Source of the DNA: Candidatus Latescibacterota bacterium
GTDB taxonomy: Bacteria; Latescibacterota; UBA2968
Reading direction: 5' to 3'
NCBI GenBank assembly: GCA_965205975.1
Contig: OZ242195.1
Span: 3,072,001 to 3,136,000 of the forward strand
DNA length: 64,000 bases
Below the pieces are notes generated by a model. The model was not told the origin of the DNA. It saw only the letters and a program-made list of their open reading frames with translations, and did no database searches. Of this stretch, positions 49,783 to 60,006 are shown in pieces; position 1 is the stretch's first letter, and every line of letters begins with the position of its first letter. The position numbers were made by a program, and so were the translations under genes.

Positions 49783-50239
49783 TTTTAAGTGGGAATAATA
49801 TTGTGTTGCTTGTCGAAAGTGTTGGTGATAATTCCATCTTTTTTATCTTTGTTCTGCCTTCGGCGACTTACTTTTTTTCAGCAGCCACAAAAAGTAGGCG
49901 AGCGGGGTACAACTGACCGTTTCTCAGGTCAGTTCAAAAATGCCGCTCTCAATCGCCGAAGGGCTTGCACAGCGCAAACCGCTTGTGTGCAAATACAAAA
50001 GAAGGTGGCCTACTGTATTGGATGAACAATAGATGTTTGGTGCGAGACGGACTCGCGCGCTGTGCGTGACAGCTTTGATTGATAGCGTTTTCCGAGGGTG
50101 CGTTTTGTGATGGCTTATCTGAAGTACTGCGTAACATCAGTTATAAATACACAAGGACACGCATTCATATATCGAGTGCATGTCCTTTTTAACAAAAATC
50201 AAAGACCGAGGATTTCGAAAAGCCTTTTCAGTTCACTTT

Positions 50240-51436
50240 TTAACCAATCTTTGGAATACCACCGAGCACCCCCGCCCGGTATTTGGGATAGAGACGCGTA
50301 TCGCGCCGGAGACCCTGCACATCTTGTGCGCCATGCACACGGGTTGCGCCACTGTTGTCCTTCTCTACAATAAAAATCTCCTCCTTTTCCAGATTATCGA
50401 GCAGACCGACATTGTGAGAGGAGACAAAAAGCTGTGCACCTGAAGGATTGACCTCTTGAGAGCGGAACCAGCTAAGAATTTCTCCGGCGATATCCACATG
50501 GAGATCGCCATCTATCTCGTCGAGGACCAGAGGAACGCCGCTACGGAGCGCGCCACCGATCCGAGGCAACAGATGAAGCAGGCGTTTCGTTCCACTGGAT
50601 TCCAAGTGTAGGGGGATTGACATATCAAGCCCGTGATGGTCGAAAAACACTTCCTTTTTTTCAGATTGGTCAGAAATAGTTATATCCTGAATTCCCAAAT
50701 CACTGGATCGGATATGGTTTCTAATCCAGGATTCCATATCGGGGTCGCTCTCGAATGTATCCATCACACTTTGGGTCGAAGGTGCCCATCTCTCACGAAG
50801 CACGATATTGGATGACCAAAAAAAATCTTCCATCCATTTTGTAATACGCATCGCCAAGGGCACATTGAGCAGGGCGAGCGTGGTGATCACCGATGTGTCT
50901 GCCCGAACCGCCTGGAGGCGATCATCCCCGGACTTAAGACCAAATTCTTTAGAAACGTATATAGATTTTCCCGGGACACCGCGCTCGAAAAGGCGCCGGG
51001 GGCGGCCCTTTGGAAAGTGGAACAAGGCTTCGTAAGAGAAGAAAGGATCATTACCACTGCATGCCACCTCTAACTCGTACCGGAACAACTGATGGACCTC
51101 GCCCAGCCAATCTGCTTCGAATTCCAGGCAAAATCGCGTCGGCTCATTTCTGGTTTCCTTGGAAAAAAAGGAAAAAAAGGTCTTGATCGGGCGGGTCCTC
51201 TCAGTGGGTGATGGGAATAAGGTGGCCAAGGCAGTAGCGATCAGCGCACTGAGCAATGTTGACTTACCCGATCCATTGGGGCCTATGAGCACGACCACAG
51301 AAGGAAGCCGGATATCCGGCTTTGCTGTGCTCCTTCGGAACCGCGGCAGGTCGGGGGCAGTGCCCGGAATACGCAGGTCAAGAACGACTTCTTCGCGGAC
51401 CGAATGGAAATTAGATATAGAAAATTTATGAATCAT
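50240..51436 (-). CDS. AAA_21/RloA(AbiEii)-like ATPase
   Basis: GPNGSGKS, ESSGTKRL, LDEIDGDLH, AQLFVSSH, YRAGVLGGIP. Confidence 0.85.
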   Translation of the reverse strand: MIHKFSISNFHSVREEVVLDLRIPGTAPDLPRFRRSTAKPDIRLPSVVVLIGPNGSGKSTLLSALIATALATLFPSPTERTRPIKTFFSFFSKETRNEPTRFCLEFEADWLGEVHQLFRYELEVACSGNDPFFSYEALFHFPKGRPRRLFERGVPGKSIYVSKEFGLKSGDDRLQAVRADTSVITTLALLNVPLAMRITKWMEDFFWSSNIVLRERWAPSTQSVMDTFESDPDMESWIRNHIRSSDLGIQDITISDQSEKKEVFFDHHGLDMSIPLHLESSGTKRLLHLLPRIGGALRSGVPLVLDEIDGDLHVDIAGEILSWFRSQEVNPSGAQLFVSSHNVGLLDNLEKEEIFIVEKDNSGATRVHGAQDVQGLRRDTRLYPKYRAGVLGGIPKIG

Positions 51437-51556
51437 ATCGCAATAATAACAATTTTTTGTCGAGATAGCAATGTAATAGTCAAAAAATAACGGAACAACC
51501 AGTGCCCCGATCTTGTGGACTGATTGCCCCGTTCTGTGTAAAATGCCTTTGTATTC

Positions 51557-54500
51557 TTAAACTCGAGCAGCGTTATAGACCTCCTTGAGCAATGCGTCCA
51601 TGATGAAATCGCGCAGAGCTTTGTCAGACATAAAATCGTTCACAATCTTCTGGTTTCTGCCCTGCCGTTGAACAAATGCCTTCATCACCTCGGGTTCAAA
51701 AACCTGCTTAAACTGATCAATGGAATTGGCCTGAGCCTGTTCCGCAAGACGTGAATTTCGCGCCATATCGCCTGAAATCTGATCAAATAGCAACTTATCC
51801 TCATCCGTCCAACTGGTGCCAAACCGCTCGTTAATCACTTCAATAATAGATGATAGCGGTGTGGTACGGTCGTCTTTGACCTTTGCCGTACCAACATCAC
51901 CCACGCCCTGCACAAAATCTTTGTCCCCCACCTCCAATGCCCCGCTACCAGAAAATGTCATCTCGTTGCGATAGTGCGAAAGCGCAACTTCGTCGTCGAG
52001 TTCCAACATGCCCTCACCCAAACGGCGAGGCAGCTTGGTGAACAAATGCCGCGAGTATGCATAGAGCTTCTCCAGTTCGGTATCCTGCCATTCAATAATC
52101 TGACTCAAAAAGCCATACAGCCGTATAAAGCTCTGCAAGGTACTTTTGAAAATCTCGCCTTCTTCCGTGTATGCGTCCCCACCCGAACCCGGGACACCGT
52201 AAGATTGCTTGAATCGCTCCACAGCAGGATCGACCCATTTGTTGAGTTGCCCGTGATCATGCCTTGTTCGAAGTGATTGGAGCTTGAAATAAGTCCTGGC
52301 AAATTCCTCAATCTCCTCATCGCGTAACACGGGTTCGCTTTTCAGTCTTGCATCCAGCGTATAGAGATGATTGGGATCGGTTGGTTCATCGATCTCCGTC
52401 TGTTTGTAATACGGCTTGAACGCCTCTTTGATCTCATCGATCTCATTGGCAAAATCAAGCACAAATGTATCCACCTTCCCGCCTGCTGTGCGGTTGAGCC
52501 GCGACAAAGTCTGAACAGCTTTCAGGTCTGCAAGCCGCTTATCGACAAACATCGTATGCAACAGAGGTTGATCAAAACCAGTCTGATACTTCTCCGCCAC
52601 AATCAATATCTGATATTCGGGCGTAGCAAAATGGGCGGGCAATTCTCGTTCACTGATGCCGTTCATGCTCGCCTCTGTGTAATGCTTATCCTCGACATCT
52701 GGATCGACAACAGTTCCTGAAAATGCCACAAGCGTTTTGAGATCGGTATATCCTCTCGCCTCGATATATTTGTCAAAAGCCTGTTTGTAGCGCACCGCGT
52801 GTAACCGCGAGCGCGTAACAACCATCGCTTTCGCATTGCCATTGATCTTCTTGCGCGTAAAAGCCCGAAAATGCTCAACCATAATTTCCGTCTTCTGCGC
52901 GATATTGTGCGGATGCAAACTCATAAACCGGGCAATAGCCCGCTTCGCCTTGCTCTCATCCACCTCGGGATCGTCTTCAATCGCTTTGGACAATTTGTAA
53001 TACGTCCTGTACGTGGTATAATGCTTGAGCACATCGTGGATAAAGCCTTCTTCGATACCCTGACGCATAGCGTAAAGATGGAATGGCTGCGGATTGCCCT
53101 CTGCATCGCGCACGCCAAACATTTCGAGCGTACGGTGTTTGGGCGTAGCCGTAAAAGCGTAAAAATTGATATTCGGCTGTGGTCCCCGGCGTTTGGCCTC
53201 CGCAAGAATCAAATCTTCCATATCGGGCGGATCTTCTCCCTCAGCCTCCTCAGCCTCTGCTTGCTCAAGCCCACCCAACACACCGCGCAAATTGCTCGCA
53301 CTTCGACCACCCTGGCTGCTATGAGCCTCATCCACAATCACCGCGAATGTCCTGTCTGACAGATCTTCCACCTTACCCATCAAAAAAGAGAATTTTTGCA
53401 GCGTCGTAATGATGATCTTTGTTCCCTTATTGAGTTCATCGGCCAGATCACTCGAATTGCGATCCTCATCAATCTTGACAACCACGCCCTGCTTGTGTTC
53501 GATCTGATAAATATTATCCTGCAACTGCTTATCCAGATTGCGCCTGTCGGAAACAACCACAACCGAATTAAAAATAGGCGCGTCCGCATCATCGTGGATA
53601 CTGGCAAGCTGATGGGCAAGCCACGAAATCGTATTGGTCTTACCCGACCCGGCACTGTGCTGAATCAGATGTGTGCCCACACCTTTGGCTCTGGTATCTG
53701 CGATCAGATTGCGAACAGCGGTAAGCTGGTGATAGCGGGGAAAAATGAGGGTTTCTTCAGTGGTAGTTTTGCGCGTGGTGACGTCGGTACTTTTTTCCAC
53801 ATGAAGGTGGATAAATCTGTGGATAATATCCAGCCAACTATCGCGCTGCCAGATTTCTTCCCAGAGATACCCAGTCTTGTATCCCGTCTCATACTGGTGA
53901 TCGTCTGGATTGCCCTTGCCACCTTTGTTACCCGTGTTAAAAGGTAGGAAGAAAGTCTTATCACCCGAAAGCCGCGTAGTCATATACACGTCATCGGTAT
54001 CGACGGCAAAATGCACCAGCGCACGTTTTTTGAACTGGATAAGGGGGGTTCTGACGGTGGGAACACGGTCCTTGATATATTGCTGAATAGCGTGACCCGT
54101 ACGCTGCCCTGTAAAAGCGTTTTTGAGTTCAACCGTAGCAATGGGCAGGCCATTGAGCGACAAGAGCATATCTATCGAATTATTTCTATCCACATCATAA
54201 CGCACCTGTCGCATCACCGTGAGACGATTCTGATTATAGCGTTTTTCCGTTTCGATATTCAGACGAGTCGGCGGACGAAAATACGCCAGATGCAGATGTT
54301 GCCCCCGGTCGCGCACGCCATTCCGCACCACATCGAGCAATCCGCGCTTATCACACTCAGAGGCAATCCGCTTGACGACCGCCTCCTCCACCGCGTTGCC
54401 ATAGCTCCTTTTGAGCGCGTCCATAGTATCGGACTGCGTCTCATTGAGAAACGCGAGCAACGTGTGTTTGTCCAGACCGAGTGCAGGATCAAACTGGCGA

Positions 54501-54589
54501 TTATCGGCTTTGGCATATCCAGCGCGATCTACCAGCCACGCCTCAATCGCGTCCTCAAAGTCTTTTTCAGATGTGGGTTTGCGTGTCAT
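51557..54589 (-). CDS. hsdR: Type I restriction enzyme R subunit
   Basis: NGLPIATVELKN, QHSAGSGKT, DEAHSSQ, FTATPK, TGFDQP, QTLSRLNR. Confidence 0.95.
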   Translation of the reverse strand: MTRKPTSEKDFEDAIEAWLVDRAGYAKADNRQFDPALGLDKHTLLAFLNETQSDTMDALKRSYGNAVEEAVVKRIASECDKRGLLDVVRNGVRDRGQHLHLAYFRPPTRLNIETEKRYNQNRLTVMRQVRYDVDRNNSIDMLLSLNGLPIATVELKNAFTGQRTGHAIQQYIKDRVPTVRTPLIQFKKRALVHFAVDTDDVYMTTRLSGDKTFFLPFNTGNKGGKGNPDDHQYETGYKTGYLWEEIWQRDSWLDIIHRFIHLHVEKSTDVTTRKTTTEETLIFPRYHQLTAVRNLIADTRAKGVGTHLIQHSAGSGKTNTISWLAHQLASIHDDADAPIFNSVVVVSDRRNLDKQLQDNIYQIEHKQGVVVKIDEDRNSSDLADELNKGTKIIITTLQKFSFLMGKVEDLSDRTFAVIVDEAHSSQGGRSASNLRGVLGGLEQAEAEEAEGEDPPDMEDLILAEAKRRGPQPNINFYAFTATPKHRTLEMFGVRDAEGNPQPFHLYAMRQGIEEGFIHDVLKHYTTYRTYYKLSKAIEDDPEVDESKAKRAIARFMSLHPHNIAQKTEIMVEHFRAFTRKKINGNAKAMVVTRSRLHAVRYKQAFDKYIEARGYTDLKTLVAFSGTVVDPDVEDKHYTEASMNGISERELPAHFATPEYQILIVAEKYQTGFDQPLLHTMFVDKRLADLKAVQTLSRLNRTAGGKVDTFVLDFANEIDEIKEAFKPYYKQTEIDEPTDPNHLYTLDARLKSEPVLRDEEIEEFARTYFKLQSLRTRHDHGQLNKWVDPAVERFKQSYGVPGSGGDAYTEEGEIFKSTLQSFIRLYGFLSQIIEWQDTELEKLYAYSRHLFTKLPRRLGEGMLELDDEVALSHYRNEMTFSGSGALEVGDKDFVQGVGDVGTAKVKDDRTTPLSSIIEVINERFGTSWTDEDKLLFDQISGDMARNSRLAEQAQANSIDQFKQVFEPEVMKAFVQRQGRNQKIVNDFMSDKALRDFIMDALLKEVYNAARV

Positions 54590-54609
54590 TGTGAAAGATC
54601 AGGAAATAT

Positions 54610-55214
54610 TCAACTTTTCAGCGAAAGTTCAACCAGCTTTCCGCTCTCGTTATTCTCCCTAATCAGCAGTTCGATGAGATTACCACTTTCCCTCGCTGTT
54701 CGTCGCATCGCCTTTTCTTTTTTATAGAACCTACGTCATGTGTGACTTCAAGATCAGTGGTCAGATGAGCCCTGTCATTCTGAGCGGAGCGCAGCGGAGT
54801 CGAAGAATCTGCTGCTTGAACGGTGTTTATGGGTAACAGATGCTTCGTCAGCCTATCGGCTTCCTCAGCATGACATGGTGTAGTAGCACATTTACTTTTA
54901 AAGTCACATATCGCGTAGAACCTATTGATCCCAATCGGCAACACGCCACCTAACAAGGCACTCAGCGCTGCCGTGCCATAGTAATCGAAAGGGACAAAGG
55001 ACTTCCACAATTCGCAAATAAAGGGAAAATGGAGATTAAAAAAGAAAATAACCATCACGCGCGCAACGGCGACTAACAAGCAACCTACGATGGCAGACTT
55101 AAATAAGACATGGTAACCCGAATCCCGGAGCACGCCATAGCGTGTATAGTAAAGTCTCGTCAGAAACCAGTAACCGCCGAGAGTGGGAATAAAAAGTAAC
55201 CCAAGGCTACCCAA
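54610..55214 (-). pseudogene. Membrane protein gene interrupted by a MITE
   Basis: Removing 54734-54915 plus one TSD copy gives a continuous frame ...INRFYKKEKAMRRTARESGNLIELLIRENNESGKLVELSLKS*. Confidence 0.7.
54734..54915. mobile_element. 182-bp MITE with imperfect 15-bp TIRs and 9-bp target duplication
   Basis: TAGAACCTA at 54725-54733 and 54916-54924; TIRs CGTCATGTGTGACTT / AAGTCACATATCGCG (12/15 match). Confidence 0.8.
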
Positions 55215-55249
55215 TGGGAATACCTCGTGATAGAATGATTATCGGTTTT

Positions 55250-55426
55250 CTATTCTTGGTCTTTCGGCGACGTTTCTGATGACTTTCGCTCAACGGGAAT
55301 ATCTGCCATTTTTTTTATAATTTCACGCACCTGGGGACTGGCAAGCAATTCATCTGCTTTGACATACTGACCGCCCCTTGGGGTTACGTATATCTTCAGT
55401 CCTTCTTCTGATGTGTTCTTAGACAT
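55250..55426 (-). CDS. 58-aa hypothetical protein, copy 1
   Basis: MSKNTSEEGLKIYVTPRGGQYVKADELL...; SD AGGAGG; paralog at 55973-56149. Confidence 0.7.
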   Translation of the reverse strand: MSKNTSEEGLKIYVTPRGGQYVKADELLASPQVREIIKKMADIPVERKSSETSPKDQE

Positions 55427-55463
55427 GGATGGCCCCTCCTGAAGTTCGATGAACAAAGTCCGG

Positions 55464-55913
55464 TCAGTCAGAATCCGAAACGAAAAAGAAATTAATTGCC
55501 TTAAAGACATCTTGATCTAATTGCTTCATAACCAATGCATAGAAATCAAACTCTGTCTCCACCATCAGGTCGTCCTGGTCTTCTGGCACAGCTACGACAA
55601 TGAGGTTCTCAGCGGTATCAATGGAGATTTGCACATTCCAATTCAACTCGGAGGCAGCAGCCTCAACAACAGAGCGCACTTGACCCCAGGCGACGCGAAC
55701 AGGCACAGGATGTAGATGTGACCACGCGGCGTCTTCCTCTGGACGATCCCAGTCTTCGGCAAGTGCGGCTTCACTGAGCAATGCCGTTTCAGGACTATCT
55801 CGCTCATCATCAAGAATCGTCACATAAGCCCGTCGTGGTTTTGACAACTGGATAGGCTGTAATAACTGCACATTGCCCTGTTCATCAATCGTAGCTTCAA
55901 TGGTTTGTCGCAT
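55464..55913 (-). CDS. Chimeric protein: antitoxin-like N-terminus fused to a copy of the C-terminal domain of 60463-61059
   Basis: SEAALAEDWDRPEEDAAWSHL followed by VVEAAASELNW...DTAENLIVVAVPEDQDDLMVETEFDFY. Confidence 0.65.
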   Translation of the reverse strand: MRQTIEATIDEQGNVQLLQPIQLSKPRRAYVTILDDERDSPETALLSEAALAEDWDRPEEDAAWSHLHPVPVRVAWGQVRSVVEAAASELNWNVQISIDTAENLIVVAVPEDQDDLMVETEFDFYALVMKQLDQDVFKAINFFFVSDSD

Positions 55914-55972
55914 TTTTGACGCCTTGGTCCTGTCCTGATTCTGTAACTGAATCTCGAATGATTATCGGTTTT

Positions 55973-56149
55973 CTATCCGCGGTCTTTTGGCGACATGTCT
56001 GATGATTTTCGCTCAATAGAAATTTGCGTCATTTTTTTAATTGCTTTACGTACCTTGGGACTCTTGAGGACCTCATCTGCTTTAACATATCTTGCCCCCC
56101 TTGGGGTTACATATATCTTTGGCCCTTCTTCTAATGAGTTCTTGGACAT
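55973..56149 (-). CDS. 58-aa hypothetical protein, copy 2 (not in ORF track)
   Basis: Manual translation MSKNSLEEGPKIYVTPRGARYVKADEVLKSPKVRKAIKKMTQISIERKSSDMSPKDRG; SD AAGGAG. Confidence 0.7.
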   Translation of the reverse strand: MSKNSLEEGPKIYVTPRGARYVKADEVLKSPKVRKAIKKMTQISIERKSSDMSPKDRG

Positions 56150-56223
56150 AGGATTGTGCTCCTTAATAAATGCTGCCGTTTTCTGGATCGTTAGAAATCG
56201 TCAGGTATAAAATGTCTTCTTGC

Positions 56224-58035
56224 TCATATCTCTTCCGGAAAAATGATTCCCCGCCAAAACTTTGGTGGCAATGGAGATTGATGTTTAATACAGGCAAGAA
56301 TTAAAGCTGCACGAGGAACCTCAATAAATGCCTTTGGTGGAAATTTTTCTCTACACTGTCTCACGAAATCTTGAATTTTTTCAGCCAAAGACCGTTGATC
56401 ATTTGGATGAAATTCAAAATTATGAGTCATAATTGCTGTCCCATCAGTAACAGGTTCACGAAGAATCCGCACGTCCCAATCATCCGGAGGTATCCATCCA
56501 AGCAAATCTATTTTATTATTATCAAGAGGCTGTCCATCTGCACCTACTCCCTTTACAATCTGCTCAAAGTACCGCTCTAATAACTCATCTCGCTGGCTTT
56601 CTTCAAGCGAAAAGCACAATTCTAAAATCATCAGCAGAAGATATGAACTCCCATCAGTAAATTCTGGGGGACGTTTAGAAGTGGCTGCAAACTCAGCGAC
56701 TAAATCCGTCCTGTTTCGGGCCTCAATGAATGGTAGCCTATTCATTTCTACTCTTCTTGTAAGCAGACAATTTTCCAGACTTCCGAGCCATTCGTACATC
56801 TCGTTCTGGCCTTTTACCTGCCATAACATCAACCATACCAAAAATAACTCAACATGATGAACATCCAACAAGGGCCGCAATGCAGCGGGATTATTATAGA
56901 AAAACTCACCAAGCCATTCGACATTTCGCTTCAAATGCTTTTTGAAATTTTCCCTGTGCTTACCCTGGGTGTCCCAGAATTGCTGTGGGGCATAGTTCAA
57001 TATTCCCAACCGACCCAGATGCCAATAAGCAATATAAGCATCTCGGACTGCTCCCAATTGACCAATATCGCGCCCTCTATCTCTCCCAGCTAATCCGTGT
57101 TCTGTAGTCAAAGCATCCTGTACCGCGAAAAAGTATCTTGTCAATTCCTCGACATAAAAGTTAAGCCAAATATTAGCTACGATGTCCTTTAATTCTTTCG
57201 CTTTCAAATCTCGACAGGTATCCCACAGAGCCAGCATAGCCCATTCAATTAAATCAATCCATCCCGGATAGCTATTGGGCGTTTTTTTTCTGTACTCGTA
57301 GATAATCGTCAGAGCAACGGGCACAAGTTGCAATTTTCGCTTATCTATCGGGGGTTCTAACACCTTACTGAGAAAATATCTCCATTGGGGAACCAATTGA
57401 TTTTCCCATTCTGCAGACCCGAAATCAAAGTCGCCCACTTGCAAACAAATATACTGTAACGCGCTCGATAAGTGCTGTGGCATCAACTCGGGCGAGAGAA
57501 GATTGCTTCTCACCTCTTTTACCAACCTTGTAAGATGCCACCTCTCAAAAGTCAACTTAACACCATCACTCCGCGTTTTTCCGAGAGATTCGGTTAGTCG
57601 TTCAAAAAGTTCAATCCCTGTGTTATCTTCATCTTTATTATATGCGAGTATGATCTTGACCTCCCCTACCGCCTCAAATCCCAATTTCTTTAAATCTATA
57701 GTGGATGCCTTTCGTAACTCTGGGTCAAAATTATGATTTGTCCAGTTGCTATTAGTCAGTGCTTCGTCCTTAAGTACAAAAATGATGAGTTCTTGACTAC
57801 TCTCACTAAGAAAAGCGAGATCAATTCCTAATTCCGCTTCAGTCTTTGTCTTTGGCGTTTCAGGACTCGGTGCCCTAAAAAACGGCAACCGAACCGGTGT
57901 CCAGTTTTTTGCAATAGCCAGATTATAAATTACCCAGTCAAAACCTACTTTAATACCTTTCTTTTCGTCTCTCGTTCTCTCTAACAAACTCGTCAGATAT
58001 TTACTCAAAAAAGGAGTGAGGTCATTACTTTGCAT
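56224..58035 (-). CDS. Hypothetical protein with putative N-terminal PD-(D/E)xK nuclease domain
   Basis: EAELGIDLAF...IFVLKD motif; likely start MQSNDL overlapping the upstream gene by 11 nt. Confidence 0.55.
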   Translation of the reverse strand: MQSNDLTPFLSKYLTSLLERTRDEKKGIKVGFDWVIYNLAIAKNWTPVRLPFFRAPSPETPKTKTEAELGIDLAFLSESSQELIIFVLKDEALTNSNWTNHNFDPELRKASTIDLKKLGFEAVGEVKIILAYNKDEDNTGIELFERLTESLGKTRSDGVKLTFERWHLTRLVKEVRSNLLSPELMPQHLSSALQYICLQVGDFDFGSAEWENQLVPQWRYFLSKVLEPPIDKRKLQLVPVALTIIYEYRKKTPNSYPGWIDLIEWAMLALWDTCRDLKAKELKDIVANIWLNFYVEELTRYFFAVQDALTTEHGLAGRDRGRDIGQLGAVRDAYIAYWHLGRLGILNYAPQQFWDTQGKHRENFKKHLKRNVEWLGEFFYNNPAALRPLLDVHHVELFLVWLMLWQVKGQNEMYEWLGSLENCLLTRRVEMNRLPFIEARNRTDLVAEFAATSKRPPEFTDGSSYLLLMILELCFSLEESQRDELLERYFEQIVKGVGADGQPLDNNKIDLLGWIPPDDWDVRILREPVTDGTAIMTHNFEFHPNDQRSLAEKIQDFVRQCREKFPPKAFIEVPRAALILACIKHQSPLPPKFWRGIIFPEEI

Positions 58036-59974
58036 TTTCCATTTCCTCAGTTTGTAACCGCCGTATATTTTCGGCAGCAATCATTCTCCGCTGTGCCATA
58101 ATCTCTGGCATGAGAACTTCAAGGCGTGGCAATTCCATTTGGTGGGAAAAACGATTCATCGGAAAAGGATCTCCTGGTCCGTCCTGCTCTCCTTGTCCCA
58201 GAACACACACATTGTCCCCATAAATCAGATCTACGCTTGTCAAAAGTTGTGATATCAATGATCGGTCATGAGCACCTTGTGAAACCCGATGTGAAAAATC
58301 TCGGTATCCTTTCTCAGCCGTCTCAACAAAATTTGGGAATTGAAAACTGTTTGCAGGAGAGTTGTGAACTTTCTTCAGATCTTCAAAATAGCCATCTGCT
58401 TTTGCTATGACTCGTTTAAGTAAATCTGATGGCTTTTCCACCTCTTTCCATTTTTTTAAGCACGAACCCGGATAGTTCATTGCCTGTAAGACCATCTCTC
58501 TCTCAAATGCATCCCGCAACTCCCTATCAGATGCATTCCGGAACAATGGCTCTAGAACCTGCAAGAAGTGTGCGATAGCCTCGCCATCAAAAAATGGCTT
58601 TCTGATAAATTCCCACAGTGCCAAGCGCAACTCAGTATTTGATATTTGCTTCATCACTTCATCGGATATTGTTTCAATCTTGATCTGCTCATAGAGAATA
58701 TTTCCCAGTCTTCTAATGGTATTGCTCTTAGAGAAAAGGCAGTCCGTTATAAACTGCGACATACCAACTCTGTCCATTTTTGAGACCAAATGTTCAAACT
58801 CATGATTTCTGAATAATTCGATCAAAGTCTCCGGATTTTTCTCGGCAATTTGCTTTAGAAGTTCGCCAAAATAGCTCGTATTTTCAAACAGCCGGTGAAC
58901 CAAATAACCTTCAACTTCTTTCCATATTCCGGTATATTTTTTTTCTATTGGCTGAATGCCAAGGATGAGCTTATTCGAGTCAGCAGTATCTATCAACTGC
59001 TTATCTCTCCCCTGGTAATCTCGTAATCGAGATACCATATCCACGACACTGAGCTTTGCGTCTGGTGACAATTCAGGTGATACATGTTTGGTCAACCATT
59101 TTAAAATAAAACAGGAAAATTCTTCTTCTATTTGTCCCAAACAAAGACGCCTTACAACATCAAAGGCTTCCTCCTGTTCTTCTTTTGTACCTTCCATCGC
59201 TGCGTCGAGTACCGAACGCAACTCGTCAATGGAAACGCCACCTCTTCCAAAGGTAGTTCTCCACGACCGATAGTAGCAAAGTCGCAATTCTGTTTTTGGG
59301 CCTGTCTTCAGTTCGATATCCCATTTGTTTACTGCTTCTTTAGATATTTTCTCTTCCGTAGATTTTGCACGTAGTACTCCCAGGATAATTGCCGCAAGGT
59401 GCAATCTCGTATCCTTGAGTCCATCGTTGATATATTGTCCGAATACGGTCAAACCAGCAGAGGAGAAATTGAAAGCATAGTTTTCAACCCCTCTAAAAAA
59501 ACTACCGCCCGCTAAATTTCCACTTACTGCGTCTCCAATTCTTAAAAACCAATCAGAAGCAAATACTGCGGGAACTTCGACATGCGCCAAAAACGTCGGT
59601 AATGCACTAATGTAATTCCAAAATGGAAATTCTTTCTCCTTAATCCACAGGTCTAAGAAAGATTCCCTGCTATGCGATGGCACCTGTTGGTACGCCTCGC
59701 CCCAAAGGATACCCATTAGTTGATAGCTCGATTCCTCAAACTCTAAACAAATAGGAATTTTTGAAAGTGTTTCGTAGAATTTATAGCTAACTTTAATCTC
59801 TTCGGGAAAAAGGATATTCAGTAACTCGGCTGCTCGCTCTTTATTTTCTTCGAGATATTGAATTTCTTTTTTTATTTTATCCTTTTTATCTGACAAACGT
59901 GCTTTAATATCATCCTGATCAACCCCCTGAGAAATGGATTGACACATCGCCAATATGTTCGCCAAATGTTTCAT
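58025..59974 (-). CDS. 649-aa hypothetical helical protein, candidate defence component
   Basis: Long ORF, AT-rich, translationally coupled to the nuclease-like gene; no recognisable catalytic motif. Confidence 0.6.
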   Translation of the reverse strand: MKHLANILAMCQSISQGVDQDDIKARLSDKKDKIKKEIQYLEENKERAAELLNILFPEEIKVSYKFYETLSKIPICLEFEESSYQLMGILWGEAYQQVPSHSRESFLDLWIKEKEFPFWNYISALPTFLAHVEVPAVFASDWFLRIGDAVSGNLAGGSFFRGVENYAFNFSSAGLTVFGQYINDGLKDTRLHLAAIILGVLRAKSTEEKISKEAVNKWDIELKTGPKTELRLCYYRSWRTTFGRGGVSIDELRSVLDAAMEGTKEEQEEAFDVVRRLCLGQIEEEFSCFILKWLTKHVSPELSPDAKLSVVDMVSRLRDYQGRDKQLIDTADSNKLILGIQPIEKKYTGIWKEVEGYLVHRLFENTSYFGELLKQIAEKNPETLIELFRNHEFEHLVSKMDRVGMSQFITDCLFSKSNTIRRLGNILYEQIKIETISDEVMKQISNTELRLALWEFIRKPFFDGEAIAHFLQVLEPLFRNASDRELRDAFEREMVLQAMNYPGSCLKKWKEVEKPSDLLKRVIAKADGYFEDLKKVHNSPANSFQFPNFVETAEKGYRDFSHRVSQGAHDRSLISQLLTSVDLIYGDNVCVLGQGEQDGPGDPFPMNRFSHQMELPRLEVLMPEIMAQRRMIAAENIRRLQTEEMENAK

Positions 59975-60006
59975 ACGCCGAATTCCTCCATAATTTTCTC
60001 AGCCAT

